Shown: positions 10,602 through 20,158, numbered from the stretch's first letter. The stretch is DNA of 58,294 nucleotides from an uncultured Sphingomonas sp. (GCA_965365395.1 CBDUBN010000001.1:1-58294); one strand, 5' to 3'. Program-made: numbers and translations. The notes: generated by a model not told the origin, from the letters alone.

Positions 10602-11945
10602 TCAGCTATATTCGATCACCGCGTCACGGCGGATGTCGCGCAGATAGCGCTGCGCCCGCCGGTTCACGCGTTCCTGCCGCAGATTGTCCGCGATCGCCTC
10701 GTTCGACGGGATGGCCGCCTCCTGCGGCAGATCGCGGCCGCACAGGACGAGGACGCTGACCCCGTCCTCGGGATTGCCGAACGGCTGGGTCACCTGGCCC
10801 ACCTGCAGCTGCGCGAGCGTCGCCTGCAGCGGGGCCGGGAGATCGCGCACCGCGATCTGGTCGCGGCTGATGAGTTCGGCGCCCAGCGAGGCGGCGACCG
10901 CGTCCGCCTGTCCGCAGCCGGCGATCGCCCGCGTGCGCGTGGCGAACGTGCCCGCGAGCTCCGACGCGCGCGTCACGCTGGTGCCGGCGGGGAAGTTGAT
11001 CGAGATCTGCTTGAGGCTGAGCACCGCGTCGCGCGGATCGGCGGTCAACACCTGGCGGCTGTCGATCAGGTAGAGGATCGACACCCCGCCGGGCACCTGG
11101 ATGGGTCCGGCGAGCTGGCCCGGCTGCATCTGCGCCACCGCTTCGGCCATCGCGTCGGGCAGCTGGTTGGCGCGCACCCAGCCGAGATCACCGCCCTGCG
11201 CCGCGGTCGTGGCCTGCGAGTTGCGGCGCGCGAGATCGGGGAAGGAAGCGGTGCCGTTGCCCAGCGCCTCGAGCAGGCGGCGGCCCGTTTCGACGGTCGC
11301 GGCCAGCGAGTCCGGTGTCGCGCGCAGGTAGATCTCGCCGACGCGAAACTCCTGCGTGCCACGCTGGCTTTGCAGGCGCGTGACGAGGTCCGTCACCTCC
11401 TGCTCGCTGACGTTGGTGAACGGTTCGATATTGCGGCCGAGCAGGCTCTGCCAGGCGATGTCGCCGCGGATCTGCTGGCGCATCGACGCCGCCGACGACC
11501 CGGCGGCGACGAGGGTCTGCGCGAACTGCTCGGGCGTCAGACGCTGCGCCGCGGCGATGCGCGCGAATTCGCGCTCGACGTCGGCGGGATCGATCGTGAT
11601 CTCCGCGGCGCGCGCCTCCTGTATCTTCAGTATCTCGTCGACCAGCTGGCTGAACACTTCCGCGCGCACGCCGGCAAGCTGCTCGGGCGGAATGACGCCG
11701 CGATTGGCGAGACGGACGAGCGCGACCCGCTGTTCGACGTCGGTCGCGGTGATGATCTCGTCGTTCACCCTGGCCGTCGGACGGAACACGTTGGGATCGC
11801 CGTTGCCGAACAGCTGGACGTTGGCGGGGATGTCCAGCCCGCCGACGGCGTTCGGATCGACGACCGTTTGCGCGACCGCGCTGCCCGCCACGCCGGCCGC
11901 CAGCATGGCGAGGACAGCGATGCGTTTGCTCTGTCTGGCTATCAT
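10602..11945 (-). CDS. surA: SurA-like periplasmic peptidyl-prolyl isomerase/chaperone
   Basis: Signal peptide, ARVNDEIITATDV, parvulin motif F..LARRNSQ..TAAQGGDLGWV, C-terminal RYLRDIRRDAVIEY; canonical lptD-surA-pdxA-rsmA order. Start 11945 or 11957. Confidence 0.88.
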   Translation of the reverse strand: MIARQSKRIAVLAMLAAGVAGSAVAQTVVDPNAVGGLDIPANVQLFGNGDPNVFRPTARVNDEIITATDVEQRVALVRLANRGVIPPEQLAGVRAEVFSQLVDEILKIQEARAAEITIDPADVEREFARIAAAQRLTPEQFAQTLVAAGSSAASMRQQIRGDIAWQSLLGRNIEPFTNVSEQEVTDLVTRLQSQRGTQEFRVGEIYLRATPDSLAATVETGRRLLEALGNGTASFPDLARRNSQATTAAQGGDLGWVRANQLPDAMAEAVAQMQPGQLAGPIQVPGGVSILYLIDSRQVLTADPRDAVLSLKQISINFPAGTSVTRASELAGTFATRTRAIAGCGQADAVAASLGAELISRDQIAVRDLPAPLQATLAQLQVGQVTQPFGNPEDGVSVLVLCGRDLPQEAAIPSNEAIADNLRQERVNRRAQRYLRDIRRDAVIEYS

Positions 11946-12040
11946 GGTGCCTTGCATAATCCTGTGTGATTGCTCCCATCGCCCCTGCCGCACGCTGCCT
12001 GAACGCACGCTGAGCCTGGCGGTGCACATGGGCCGAGCGT

Positions 12041-14290
12041 TTACACGCCCAGGTTGCGGAACGCCAGCCTGAGCAGAAAGCTGTTGCCGCGGCGGGCGTC
12101 GCCGGTGTCCTGATAGTCGCGCCGCCAGGTGAAGCCGAGTGTCAGGCACTCGTCCTCGTAGGCGATGCCGAGGCGGTGGCGCACGGGCTCGAAACCGTCG
12201 GCGCTGCTCGCCGGATCCTCCTCGGCGTCGGTCAGGTCGACAATGGCCGAACCGAAGACCGACCAGTAGCGCGCGATCTGCACCCGCCCGCCGATGCGCA
12301 CCTCCTCGCGGTCGCGCAGATCCTCGCCGATGCTGGCGATGTCGCGGTTGAGCCGGCTGTACCCGATCACGGCATAGGTGCGCCGGCTCCCGACGGTCGC
12401 GTCGATCTCGTTGCGGCGGATTTCCAGATCGTCCTTGTCGAGGCGGAAGCGGTGGCTGAAACGGACGAAGTTGCGCAAGGAGACGGTGGTACGCCCGACG
12501 ATATCGGATGAACGACCGGTAAGCCCGGTGCCCGGCAGGAACAGCGATGGCCGGTCGTCCAGGCGATAGCTTTGCCCCAGGCTGCTGCTGACGGCCAGCC
12601 CGGGCCGATCGTAGGCCCATTCCACGCCATAGGTCAGCCGCGCGCCGTCCTCGAACCGGTCATAGCCCGGAAAGCGGTTGAGCGCGAAGATGTTGCTGTC
12701 CTCGAGCTCGAAGGCGCGGCTGTCCTCGTTGGGAATGCTGACATTGTCGACCGGCGACGTCGCGACCAGCTGCACGCGCGGGGTCAGCCGCTGGCTCCCG
12801 CCCATGAACGGGCCGACCAGCGGCCAGCTGACGTCGACCGCCGCCGTGCCGAAGGCGCGCCCCTGCCAGCCGTCGCGCCCGCGATAGAGCGGAATCGGCG
12901 TCAGCGCGCTGTCGTCGGTGTGGTAGACGTCGCCGCGGCCCAGCGCGGTCACCCGCACCTCCTGACCCAGCGGCGTGATCGTGCGCCAGTCCCACTGCGC
13001 CATCGCGAACGCGCGCTGCGTGTCCTGGCCCGACGTGCGCGTGAGCGCCAGGGTGTTGAGGTGCAGCAATATGCCGCCGCCGAGCCACGGATCGGCCAGC
13101 CGCTGGCGGAAATCGATCAGCGGCAGCGCGATCGGTTGCTGCCCCTGTACGTCGTTCACGCGCAGCGTCTGCGTCGCCCATCCCTGCACGGTGAGATAGG
13201 ACGAGCCGCCGTTGCGCGCGAGCGTGAAGGTCGAACGGAGCCGGTCGTCGCGGCTGATGTCGTAGCGGCGCAGGAAGGTGCGGTCGGTCGCCAGCCGGCC
13301 CGAGAAATCGAGGCTCCAGCGCGGATCGAACTGGAAGCCGCCGCTGGTATCGAGGTAGCCGCGAAAGTCGTCCCGGCCGGTCGCGCCCGGATTGCCCAGT
13401 GGCACGCGCTGGCTGTACGTGGCGAAGCCCTGGACCCGATAGGCGCCGTTGCCGGTGATCCCGCGCAGCTCCGCTTCCGCCATGGGCGCCGCGCCCGAGT
13501 AGACATGCGGCGTCAGCGTCAGGTCGTTGCGCGCGCCCAGCCTCATGAAATAGGGCAGCGCGACTTCCAGCCCGTTGGTCCGGTCCAGCCTGAAGTCGGG
13601 GTTGAGGAAGCCGCTGCCCGACGAGCCCCCGGCCGGATGCGACAGGCCGGGCAGCGGCAGCAGCGAGATGCCGAAAAGTTCGATCCGCGCGCCTTCGTAA
13701 CGGATACGATCCCGCGCGCGGTCATAGTAGACTCGCGCCGCGCGGACCTGCCAGCTCGGCCGCCGGGGGCAACCATCGGCATCCTCGATCGGGCAGGGCG
13801 AGTAAGCGGCACGGGTCAGGATCATATCGCCGTTGGCCAGCCTCTCCCCCCGCGTCGCCGCCAGCCTGCCGCCTTCGGTCAGCACCACCAGCAGGTTCTC
13901 GACCACGCCGTCGCGCAGCGTGTCGGTGAGTTCGACGCTATCGCCATAAGCGGTGTCGCCTTGCGGGCTGGTCAGCGCGACGTTCCCGGTGGCGGTGACG
14001 CGCCCCGTACCCCGGTTCCAAACGACCTGATCGGCGCGCAGGCGCCAGGCCTCCCGATCGAGCTGGACGTTGCCCGAGGCGGTGACGATGTCCGCGTCAT
14101 TGTCGAAGGCGACGTTGTCGGCCGCGAAACCGATGGTTTCGGCCGACGCGTCCGCAGCGGCCGGTTGGGGCGCCGCATCCTGGGCGATAGCCGCGGTGCC
14201 CAGCTGGGCCAGGGTCATCGCCAGCGACGCGCTGGCGGCCCGCAGGAACGTGCGCGAGCGACGGGGGCGGTTATGCGGGGGGCGGGTCAT
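12041..14290 (-). CDS. lptD: LPS-assembly protein LptD family outer-membrane beta-barrel
   Basis: OstA-like N-domain (VTASGNVQL, LRADQV), YSPC motif, SGFL.P, NRFPGYDRFEDG.RLTYG, YEDEC, terminal LAFRNLG. Confidence 0.92.
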   Translation of the reverse strand: MTRPPHNRPRRSRTFLRAASASLAMTLAQLGTAAIAQDAAPQPAAADASAETIGFAADNVAFDNDADIVTASGNVQLDREAWRLRADQVVWNRGTGRVTATGNVALTSPQGDTAYGDSVELTDTLRDGVVENLLVVLTEGGRLAATRGERLANGDMILTRAAYSPCPIEDADGCPRRPSWQVRAARVYYDRARDRIRYEGARIELFGISLLPLPGLSHPAGGSSGSGFLNPDFRLDRTNGLEVALPYFMRLGARNDLTLTPHVYSGAAPMAEAELRGITGNGAYRVQGFATYSQRVPLGNPGATGRDDFRGYLDTSGGFQFDPRWSLDFSGRLATDRTFLRRYDISRDDRLRSTFTLARNGGSSYLTVQGWATQTLRVNDVQGQQPIALPLIDFRQRLADPWLGGGILLHLNTLALTRTSGQDTQRAFAMAQWDWRTITPLGQEVRVTALGRGDVYHTDDSALTPIPLYRGRDGWQGRAFGTAAVDVSWPLVGPFMGGSQRLTPRVQLVATSPVDNVSIPNEDSRAFELEDSNIFALNRFPGYDRFEDGARLTYGVEWAYDRPGLAVSSSLGQSYRLDDRPSLFLPGTGLTGRSSDIVGRTTVSLRNFVRFSHRFRLDKDDLEIRRNEIDATVGSRRTYAVIGYSRLNRDIASIGEDLRDREEVRIGGRVQIARYWSVFGSAIVDLTDAEEDPASSADGFEPVRHRLGIAYEDECLTLGFTWRRDYQDTGDARRGNSFLLRLAFRNLGV

Positions 14291-14390
14291 GCGGGCCGGG
14301 CTCCTGGCGCTTGAACGGACGGGGCCATGTTTTCGCGCCCACCGGCCGGCCTCCTCGCAAGAGCTTCGCTAATAACCAGCGCTTGGGCCT

Positions 14391-14419
14391 TTGCAACCGC
14401 AGGCGCCAGCCTCTATCTC
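14391..14419 (+). promoter_or_regulatory. candidate sigma70/sigma32-type promoter of pepA
   Basis: TTGCAA-N17-TATCTC in a CTCTATCT context, about 60 bp before ATG 14477. Confidence 0.4.
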
Positions 14420-14476
14420 CCGACCTCGACCAGACGCAGCGGCACGGCGTGCCGATCGATAGGCAAGGAACCCCCA

Positions 14477-15946
14477 ATGATCGTAGAAATCGTCGCCGGC
14501 AGCCCTGCGACCCGAGACGTCATCGTCGTACCTGTCACGAGCGGCGGGCTCGGCGAAATCGGCGCGCGTATGCCCGACGGGTTTCGCGGAGCCGCGGCGT
14601 CGGCGATGCAGCAGGCACGCTTCGACGCCGCGGCGGGCACGGTCTTCGAAACCTATGTTGCCGAAGGCGGCGCGGTGCAGCGCCTGCTGGTCGTGGGAAC
14701 GGGCAAGGGTGCGCCATCCGACCATGAGAAGGCCGGCGGCGCGGTCGTCGCCAGGCTGCTGACCTCCGGCGCGACGTCGGTTTCGGCCGACCTCTCCGGC
14801 GCCTCCGCGGATGCCGCGGCGCATTTCGCGCTGGGCGCGGCGCTGCGCGGCTGGCGAATCGATAGCTATCGCACCCGCCTGACCGAGAAACAGAAGCCGA
14901 CGCTGGAGCGTATCGCGATCACCGGTGCGGCCGAGGGTACGGAGGCCGCCTGGTCGCGCCTGCGGGCCGTGGCGGAGGGCGTCGCGCTCACCCGCACCCT
15001 CGTGTCGGAGCCGGCGAACATCCTCTATCCCGAAAGCTTCGTCGAGCGCTGCGGCGTGATCGCCGACGCCGGGGTCGCGATCGAGGTGCTGGACGAAGCA
15101 CAGATGACCGCGCTGGGCATGGGCGCGATCGTCGGTGTCGGCCAGGGTTCGGTGCGTCCGCCGCGCCTCCTCAGCATGGAATGGAAGGGCGAGGGCGCGC
15201 CGGCGGGGCCGCCGCTGCTGATCATCGGCAAGGGCGTCACCTTCGACACCGGCGGCATCAGCATAAAGCCCGCGGCGGGCATGGAAGACATGAAATGGGA
15301 CATGGGCGGCGCCGGCGCGGTCGCGGGCCTGATGCTCAGCCTCGCGAAGCGCAAGGCGCCGGTGCATGTCGTCGGCGTCTGCGCGCTCGCGGAGAATATG
15401 CCGGACGGCAATGCGCAGCGTCCCGGCGATGTCGTCACCACCCTGTCCGGGCAGACGGTCGAGGTGATCAACACCGATGCCGAAGGGCGGCTGGTGCTGT
15501 GCGACGCGATGACCTGGGCGCAGCGCAAATACTCGCCGGCGGTGATGGTCGACCTCGCGACGCTGACCGGCGCGATGATCATCAGCCTGGGCAAGGAGCA
15601 TGGCGGGGTCTTCGCCAACGACGACGCGCTCGCCGCGAGCCTGATCGAGAGCGGGGCAGGGGTGAACGAAAAGCTGTGGCGCTTCCCGTTGGGCGAGGCG
15701 TACGACCGGCTGATCGACAGCCCGATCGCGGATATAAAGAACGTCGGCCCGCGCGAGGGCGGGTCGATCACCGCCGCGCAGTTCCTGCAACGCTTCGTCG
15801 AACCGGGCGTCAAATGGGCGCATCTCGACATCGCCGGCATGGTCTGGTCGGACAAGGACGGCGCCACCTTCGCCAAGGGCGCGACCGGCTATGGCGTGCG
15901 CCTGCTCGATGCCTTCGTCGCCGCGCAGGCCGAACGGCCCGAGTGA
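14477..15946 (+). CDS. pepA: leucyl aminopeptidase (M17)
   Basis: GKGVTFDTGGISIK, MKWDMGGA, NTDAEGRLVLCD, DLATLTGA, WAHLDIAG; SD AAGGAA. Confidence 0.96.
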   Translation: MIVEIVAGSPATRDVIVVPVTSGGLGEIGARMPDGFRGAAASAMQQARFDAAAGTVFETYVAEGGAVQRLLVVGTGKGAPSDHEKAGGAVVARLLTSGATSVSADLSGASADAAAHFALGAALRGWRIDSYRTRLTEKQKPTLERIAITGAAEGTEAAWSRLRAVAEGVALTRTLVSEPANILYPESFVERCGVIADAGVAIEVLDEAQMTALGMGAIVGVGQGSVRPPRLLSMEWKGEGAPAGPPLLIIGKGVTFDTGGISIKPAAGMEDMKWDMGGAGAVAGLMLSLAKRKAPVHVVGVCALAENMPDGNAQRPGDVVTTLSGQTVEVINTDAEGRLVLCDAMTWAQRKYSPAVMVDLATLTGAMIISLGKEHGGVFANDDALAASLIESGAGVNEKLWRFPLGEAYDRLIDSPIADIKNVGPREGGSITAAQFLQRFVEPGVKWAHLDIAGMVWSDKDGATFAKGATGYGVRLLDAFVAAQAERPE

Positions 15947-15956
15947 AGCGTGCGGG

Positions 15957-16394
15957 ATGCGCGCCGATTTCTATCATGTGACGCGCGATCCCGTCCCGCT
16001 GGTCGCCGCCCGTCTCGCCGACCGCGCGGTCGCGGCGGGCGCGCGGCTGCGCATCGTCGCCCGGACGCTCGAGGATCGCGAGGCGATCGACGCAGCCCTA
16101 TGGTCGGCGATTCCCGAAAGTTTCCTGCCGCACCCGCCAGCGGGCGGTCGAGATGACGGTGAACCCATCCTGATTTCCGACGAAGCGGGCACGCCCGGCG
16201 ACGTGTCCGCGCTGATCCTCGCCGATGGCGAGTGGCGCGAGGCGGCCCTGTGCTACGACCGCGTCTTGTTCCTGTTCGATGGCGATGCGATCGTCGGTGC
16301 GCGATCGGCGTGGCGCGCCTTGGGCGACCGCGAGGGATGCGAACGTCGTTATTGGGGGCAGGACGGCGCGGGCCGCTGGCGCGAGGGGCCGTGA
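15957..16394 (+). CDS. holC: DNA polymerase III subunit chi
   Basis: MRADFYH, IDAALW...ESFLPH, ARSAWR, RYW.Q...G.W; conserved pepA-holC order. Confidence 0.9.
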   Translation: MRADFYHVTRDPVPLVAARLADRAVAAGARLRIVARTLEDREAIDAALWSAIPESFLPHPPAGGRDDGEPILISDEAGTPGDVSALILADGEWREAALCYDRVLFLFDGDAIVGARSAWRALGDREGCERRYWGQDGAGRWREGP

Positions 16395-16436
16395 GGCGCT
16401 AGACACGGGACGCAGCACAGCCATCGGAGCGCAGCC

Positions 16437-16865
16437 ATGTCCTACCGCCTCGCCGGTCTTCTTCCCCTTCTTCTGATCGCGGGCTGCGAGGCGTCCACGC
16501 CCGCCGACCCCGCGAAGACCCGGGCGGAGGCGACCGCCGCGGTGTCGCGCGCGGACCCGAACCTGCCAGCGGGTTTCGCGCTGTTCACCGGCGGCACAGA
16601 GGTTGTCGAGCTCGAAGCGGCCGAACCATCGACCGGCGGCAAGATCGTCACCTATTCCATCACCGCGCCCCCGCGCGAGGTGGTGCGTTTCTACGAGGCG
16701 CAGGCAACGGCGGCCGGCATGACCAATGCCGGCAGCATGAACGGCGCCGAGATATTGTCGTATGAGGCGCGCAAGGCGGAGGGGAGCCCGCGCACGTTCG
16801 GCGTCACCGCCCTGCAGAAAGGCGAGTATACCAACGTCACGCTCAATTTCGACGTGACGTCCTGA
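16437..16865 (+). CDS. hypothetical lipoprotein
   Basis: Lipobox LLIAGC after a hydrophobic leader; SD-like GGAG; fills the holC-ndk gap. Confidence 0.7.
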   Translation: MSYRLAGLLPLLLIAGCEASTPADPAKTRAEATAAVSRADPNLPAGFALFTGGTEVVELEAAEPSTGGKIVTYSITAPPREVVRFYEAQATAAGMTNAGSMNGAEILSYEARKAEGSPRTFGVTALQKGEYTNVTLNFDVTS

Positions 16866-16877
16866 TCGGCCGGGCGG

Positions 16878-16906
16878 TTGCGCTTAGCGGCGGGCTTCGC
16901 TAGGGG
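16878..16906 (+). promoter_or_regulatory. candidate sigma70 promoter of ndk
   Basis: TTGCGC-N17-TAGGGG, a GC-rich alphaproteobacterial RpoD pattern. Confidence 0.35.
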
Positions 16907-16956
16907 CGCGCGCCAAACGGGGCGCGAGGGCGCGGCCCGGCAGCTGGAGCTCTCCC

Positions 16957-17379
16957 ATGGCCGTCACCCGCACCTTTTCGATCATCAAGCCCGACGCGAC
17001 CCGCCGCAACCTGACGGGTGCGGTCACCAAGATGCTCGAGGACGGCGGACTGCGCGTGGTCGCATCCAAGCGCATCCAGATGACCCGCGAACAGGCGGAA
17101 GGCTTTTACGCCGTCCACAAGGAGCGGCCCTTCTTCAACGACCTGGTCGAATTCATGATCTCCGGCCCCGTCGTCGTACAGGTGCTGGAGGGCGAGAATG
17201 CCATGCAGCGCAACCGCGACATCATGGGCGCGACGAACCCCGCCAACGCCGAACCCGGCACGATCCGCAAGGAACTGGCTGAGAGCATCGAGGCAAATTC
17301 GGTGCATGGCAGCGACAGCGACGAGAATGCCGCGATCGAAATCGCCTACTTCTTCAAGCCCGACGAAATCGTCGGCTGA
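16957..17379 (+). CDS. ndk: nucleoside-diphosphate kinase
   Basis: [35 protein letters not shown]. Confidence 0.98.
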   Translation: MAVTRTFSIIKPDATRRNLTGAVTKMLEDGGLRVVASKRIQMTREQAEGFYAVHKERPFFNDLVEFMISGPVVVQVLEGENAMQRNRDIMGATNPANAEPGTIRKELAESIEANSVHGSDSDENAAIEIAYFFKPDEIVG

Positions 17380-17502
17380 TTCCGATTGCCGAAGCTTCGG
17401 CTCGTCGGGTTGTCAATACGTCAACGATACGATAACCAATCCGGTGCGCAGCGAGTCGGCGCGGCGGCATGGGCCGTCGAGGGGTTCAAAGGGGTCGTAG
17501 GA

Positions 17503-18060
17503 ATGCAGATGTTCAAGGTCGCAATCGCATCCGTCGCTCTGCTGAGCATGCCGGTGGCCGCCAACGCGGTAGAGACAATCGGGGTGGACTTTACCGCGCC
17601 GAATGGCGGCTCGACCACGGGCCTGTATCAAGGGCAGGTGCGCATTCGTGCCTCGGGCACGGGTTTCTCGCTGGGTTCGCGCCTTAACGATGCCTTCTAC
17701 CTGCTAAATCCTGTGGCGACGGACGGCGGCTATTATCAGCTGGGCTTCGATACCCAGCCGCTGACCGGCTTTCAGCCCGGTCGGGCGATATACAATTTCG
17801 TGGAGGGCGGGCGTCCGGCGTTCAGCGCCGACAACATCTATACCTTCGTCCTCAATACCGGTGCGGCCGCGCCGACCCGGCTTTACTTCGGTGTGACCGA
17901 CGGCATCTATTCGGACAATGGCGGCAGCTTCAATCTCGAGATCACGCAATTGGGCGCGGTTCCGGAGCCGGCGACCTGGGCGATGTTGATCCTTGGTTTC
18001 GGTGTGATCGGCGGAGCCATGCGGCAACGCCGGGTACGCACGTCCGTCGCCTACTCCTGA
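17503..18060 (+). CDS. PEPxxWA-CTERM (exosortase-sorted) surface protein
   Basis: Signal peptide, C-terminal VPEPATWAMLILGFGVIGGAMRQRR. Start 17503 or 17509. Confidence 0.92.
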   Translation: MQMFKVAIASVALLSMPVAANAVETIGVDFTAPNGGSTTGLYQGQVRIRASGTGFSLGSRLNDAFYLLNPVATDGGYYQLGFDTQPLTGFQPGRAIYNFVEGGRPAFSADNIYTFVLNTGAAAPTRLYFGVTDGIYSDNGGSFNLEITQLGAVPEPATWAMLILGFGVIGGAMRQRRVRTSVAYS

Positions 18061-18082
18061 TCATGCGATCCCGGCGGCGCCG

Positions 18083-19042
18083 CTAGAAGGCGTCGGCGGC
18101 GTCCATCAGATGGGTCAGCTTGCGCGGGGCGCAGGCACGCCAGCTTCGCGTCAGCCATTGTTCGACCTCGGCCCAGTCGACGTCGCGGCGATTGAGCTTC
18201 AGGCCCAGCCAGCCGCTCGCGCCGTAATATTTCGGCCAGTAGTAGGCGTGCGGCGCGGCCTCGATCAGGCCGGTCATCTCGTCCGCGCCGCTGGCCTTCA
18301 CCAGCAGGCCGATGGCGTCCTCGCCATGGTGGCGGTCGGCCAGGATCGCGAACAGCTTGGGGTTGGCGCCGCCACCGACCGCCCAGCCGGGTGAGCCGTG
18401 CGACGTCTTGCGCGACACCTCGGGAAGGCCCGCGGCGATTCGATCGACCTCGCTTTCGATCCAGCTTGCATCGAGCGGGCGCGCAACGAAGGCGGCAAGG
18501 GTGCGCGGGTAGAGCTGATGCTCGGCGATCAGCACGCGGGCCGCGAGGGTTTGAGCCGTATCGCCGGCGAGGATCGCGACGCGCGTCTGGGCCAGCACCT
18601 CGCCGTCGTCGAGCTCTTGGGTCACGAGATGAACCGAGCAGCCGGCATGTGCATCGCCTGCCGCAAGTGCGCGCGCGTGGGTGTCCAGCCCCTTGTAGGC
18701 AGGCAGGAGCGATGGGTGGATGTTGAGCATCCGGCCCTGCCAATCCGCTACGAAGCCAGGGGAAAGAAGGCGCATGTAGCCGGCGAGCGCGACGAATTCG
18801 ACAGCGGCGGCCCTGAGCTGCGCGTCGATCAGCGCGTCGAAATCCGCCCGTGCCATGCCCTTGTGGCTGCGCGCGAAAGTCGTGACGCCTTCGGCGGCGG
18901 CGAGCGCGAGCCCAGGCGCGTCGGGATTGTTCGATGCGACCAGCGCGATCTCGTAGGGGCAGTCGCCGGCGCGGCTGGCGTAGAGCAATGCGGCCATGTT
19001 CGAGCCCGTGCCCGAAATGAGAATGCCGACACGTGTCTTCAT
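18083..19042 (-). CDS. purN: phosphoribosylglycinamide formyltransferase fused to C-terminal MmcQ/YjbR-like domain
   Basis: ISGTGSNM, LAGYMRLL, NIHPSLLP, HLVTQELDDG, then SHGSPGW...KLFA...YWPKYYGASGWLGLKL...VDWAEV..W...SW. Confidence 0.93.
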   Translation of the reverse strand: MKTRVGILISGTGSNMAALLYASRAGDCPYEIALVASNNPDAPGLALAAAEGVTTFARSHKGMARADFDALIDAQLRAAAVEFVALAGYMRLLSPGFVADWQGRMLNIHPSLLPAYKGLDTHARALAAGDAHAGCSVHLVTQELDDGEVLAQTRVAILAGDTAQTLAARVLIAEHQLYPRTLAAFVARPLDASWIESEVDRIAAGLPEVSRKTSHGSPGWAVGGGANPKLFAILADRHHGEDAIGLLVKASGADEMTGLIEAAPHAYYWPKYYGASGWLGLKLNRRDVDWAEVEQWLTRSWRACAPRKLTHLMDAADAF

Positions 19043-19051
19043 GCCTGCGCG

Positions 19052-20158
19052 TCAGCCATGGTGCGTCGCAACCCAGGGCGCTCGCGCGCTCCAGCTTTCC
19101 CCGCTGCCGCTGACGGTGCAGCCGCGCACGCCGTTCTCAATACGGCCGATGCGGTGTACCGTTTCCCCTGCGGCTTCCAACGCTGCCGTCACCGCTGTCG
19201 CTTCGCCTTCGCGGACGATCGCCACCATGCCGATGCCGCAGTTGAAGGTGCGCGCCATCTCGGCCGGCTCGATCGCGCCTTGCGCCTGGAGGAAAGCCAT
19301 CAGCCGGCTCTGCTCCCAGCCGTCCGCATCGACGTGCGCATGCAGGTGCGCCGGCAGGATGCGCGGGATATTCTCCAGCAAGCCGCCGCCGGTGATATGC
19401 GCCAGCGCGTTCACCCGCCCTTCGCGCACCAGCGGCAGCAACGCGCCGACATAGATGCGCGTCGGCGCCATCAGCGCGTCGATGAGCAGCACGGTCTGAT
19501 CGAACAGGGCAGGGCGGTCGAGCCTCCAGCCCCGATCCGCGGCCAGCCGCCGTACGAGGCTGTAGCCGTTGCTGTGGATGCCCGACGAGGCGATGCCCAG
19601 GAGAACGTCCCCCGCCGCCACCTCGTCGCCGGTCAGCAGCTGCCCGCGTTCCACCGCGCCGACGCAAAAGCCCGCGAGATCGTAGTCGCCGCTGGCATAC
19701 ATGCCCGGCATTTCGGCCGTCTCGCCGCCGATCAGCGCACAGCCCGCCTGCCGGCACCCTTCGGCGATGCCGGCGACGACGCTGGTCGCCACCTCGGGGT
19801 CGAGTTTGCCCGTCGCATAATAGTCGAGGAAGAACAGCGGCTCGGCGCCCTGCACGATCAGGTCGTTGACGCACATGGCGACGAGATCGATACCGACGGT
19901 AGCGTGCCGCCCGCTTTCGATGGCGAGCTTCAATTTGGTGCCGACGCCGTCATTGGCGGCGACCAGCAACGGATCGGCAAAGCCTGCGGCCTTGAGGTCG
20001 AAGATGCCGCCGAAGCCGCCGAGGCTCGCGTCCGCGCCCGGGCGCCTCGTCGAGCGGGCGAGCGGGGCAATGGCGCGGACGAGCGCATTGCCCGCGTCGA
20101 TCGATACGCCCGCGCCGGCGTAGGTATACCGCTCGTTGTGCAGGCTCTCGTCGTTCAT
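19052..20158 (-). CDS. purM: phosphoribosylformylglycinamidine cyclo-ligase
   Basis: [63 protein letters not shown]. Start 20158 or 20176. Confidence 0.97.
   Translation of the reverse strand: MNDESLHNERYTYAGAGVSIDAGNALVRAIAPLARSTRRPGADASLGGFGGIFDLKAAGFADPLLVAANDGVGTKLKLAIESGRHATVGIDLVAMCVNDLIVQGAEPLFFLDYYATGKLDPEVATSVVAGIAEGCRQAGCALIGGETAEMPGMYASGDYDLAGFCVGAVERGQLLTGDEVAAGDVLLGIASSGIHSNGYSLVRRLAADRGWRLDRPALFDQTVLLIDALMAPTRIYVGALLPLVREGRVNALAHITGGGLLENIPRILPAHLHAHVDADGWEQSRLMAFLQAQGAIEPAEMARTFNCGIGMVAIVREGEATAVTAALEAAGETVHRIGRIENGVRGCTVSGSGESWSARAPWVATHHG

Noticed and set aside
17465-17480. Functional sigma54 promoter for the PEP-CTERM gene
   Set aside because: The -12 position reads GTCG, lacking the invariant GC; kept only as a possible degenerate relic.
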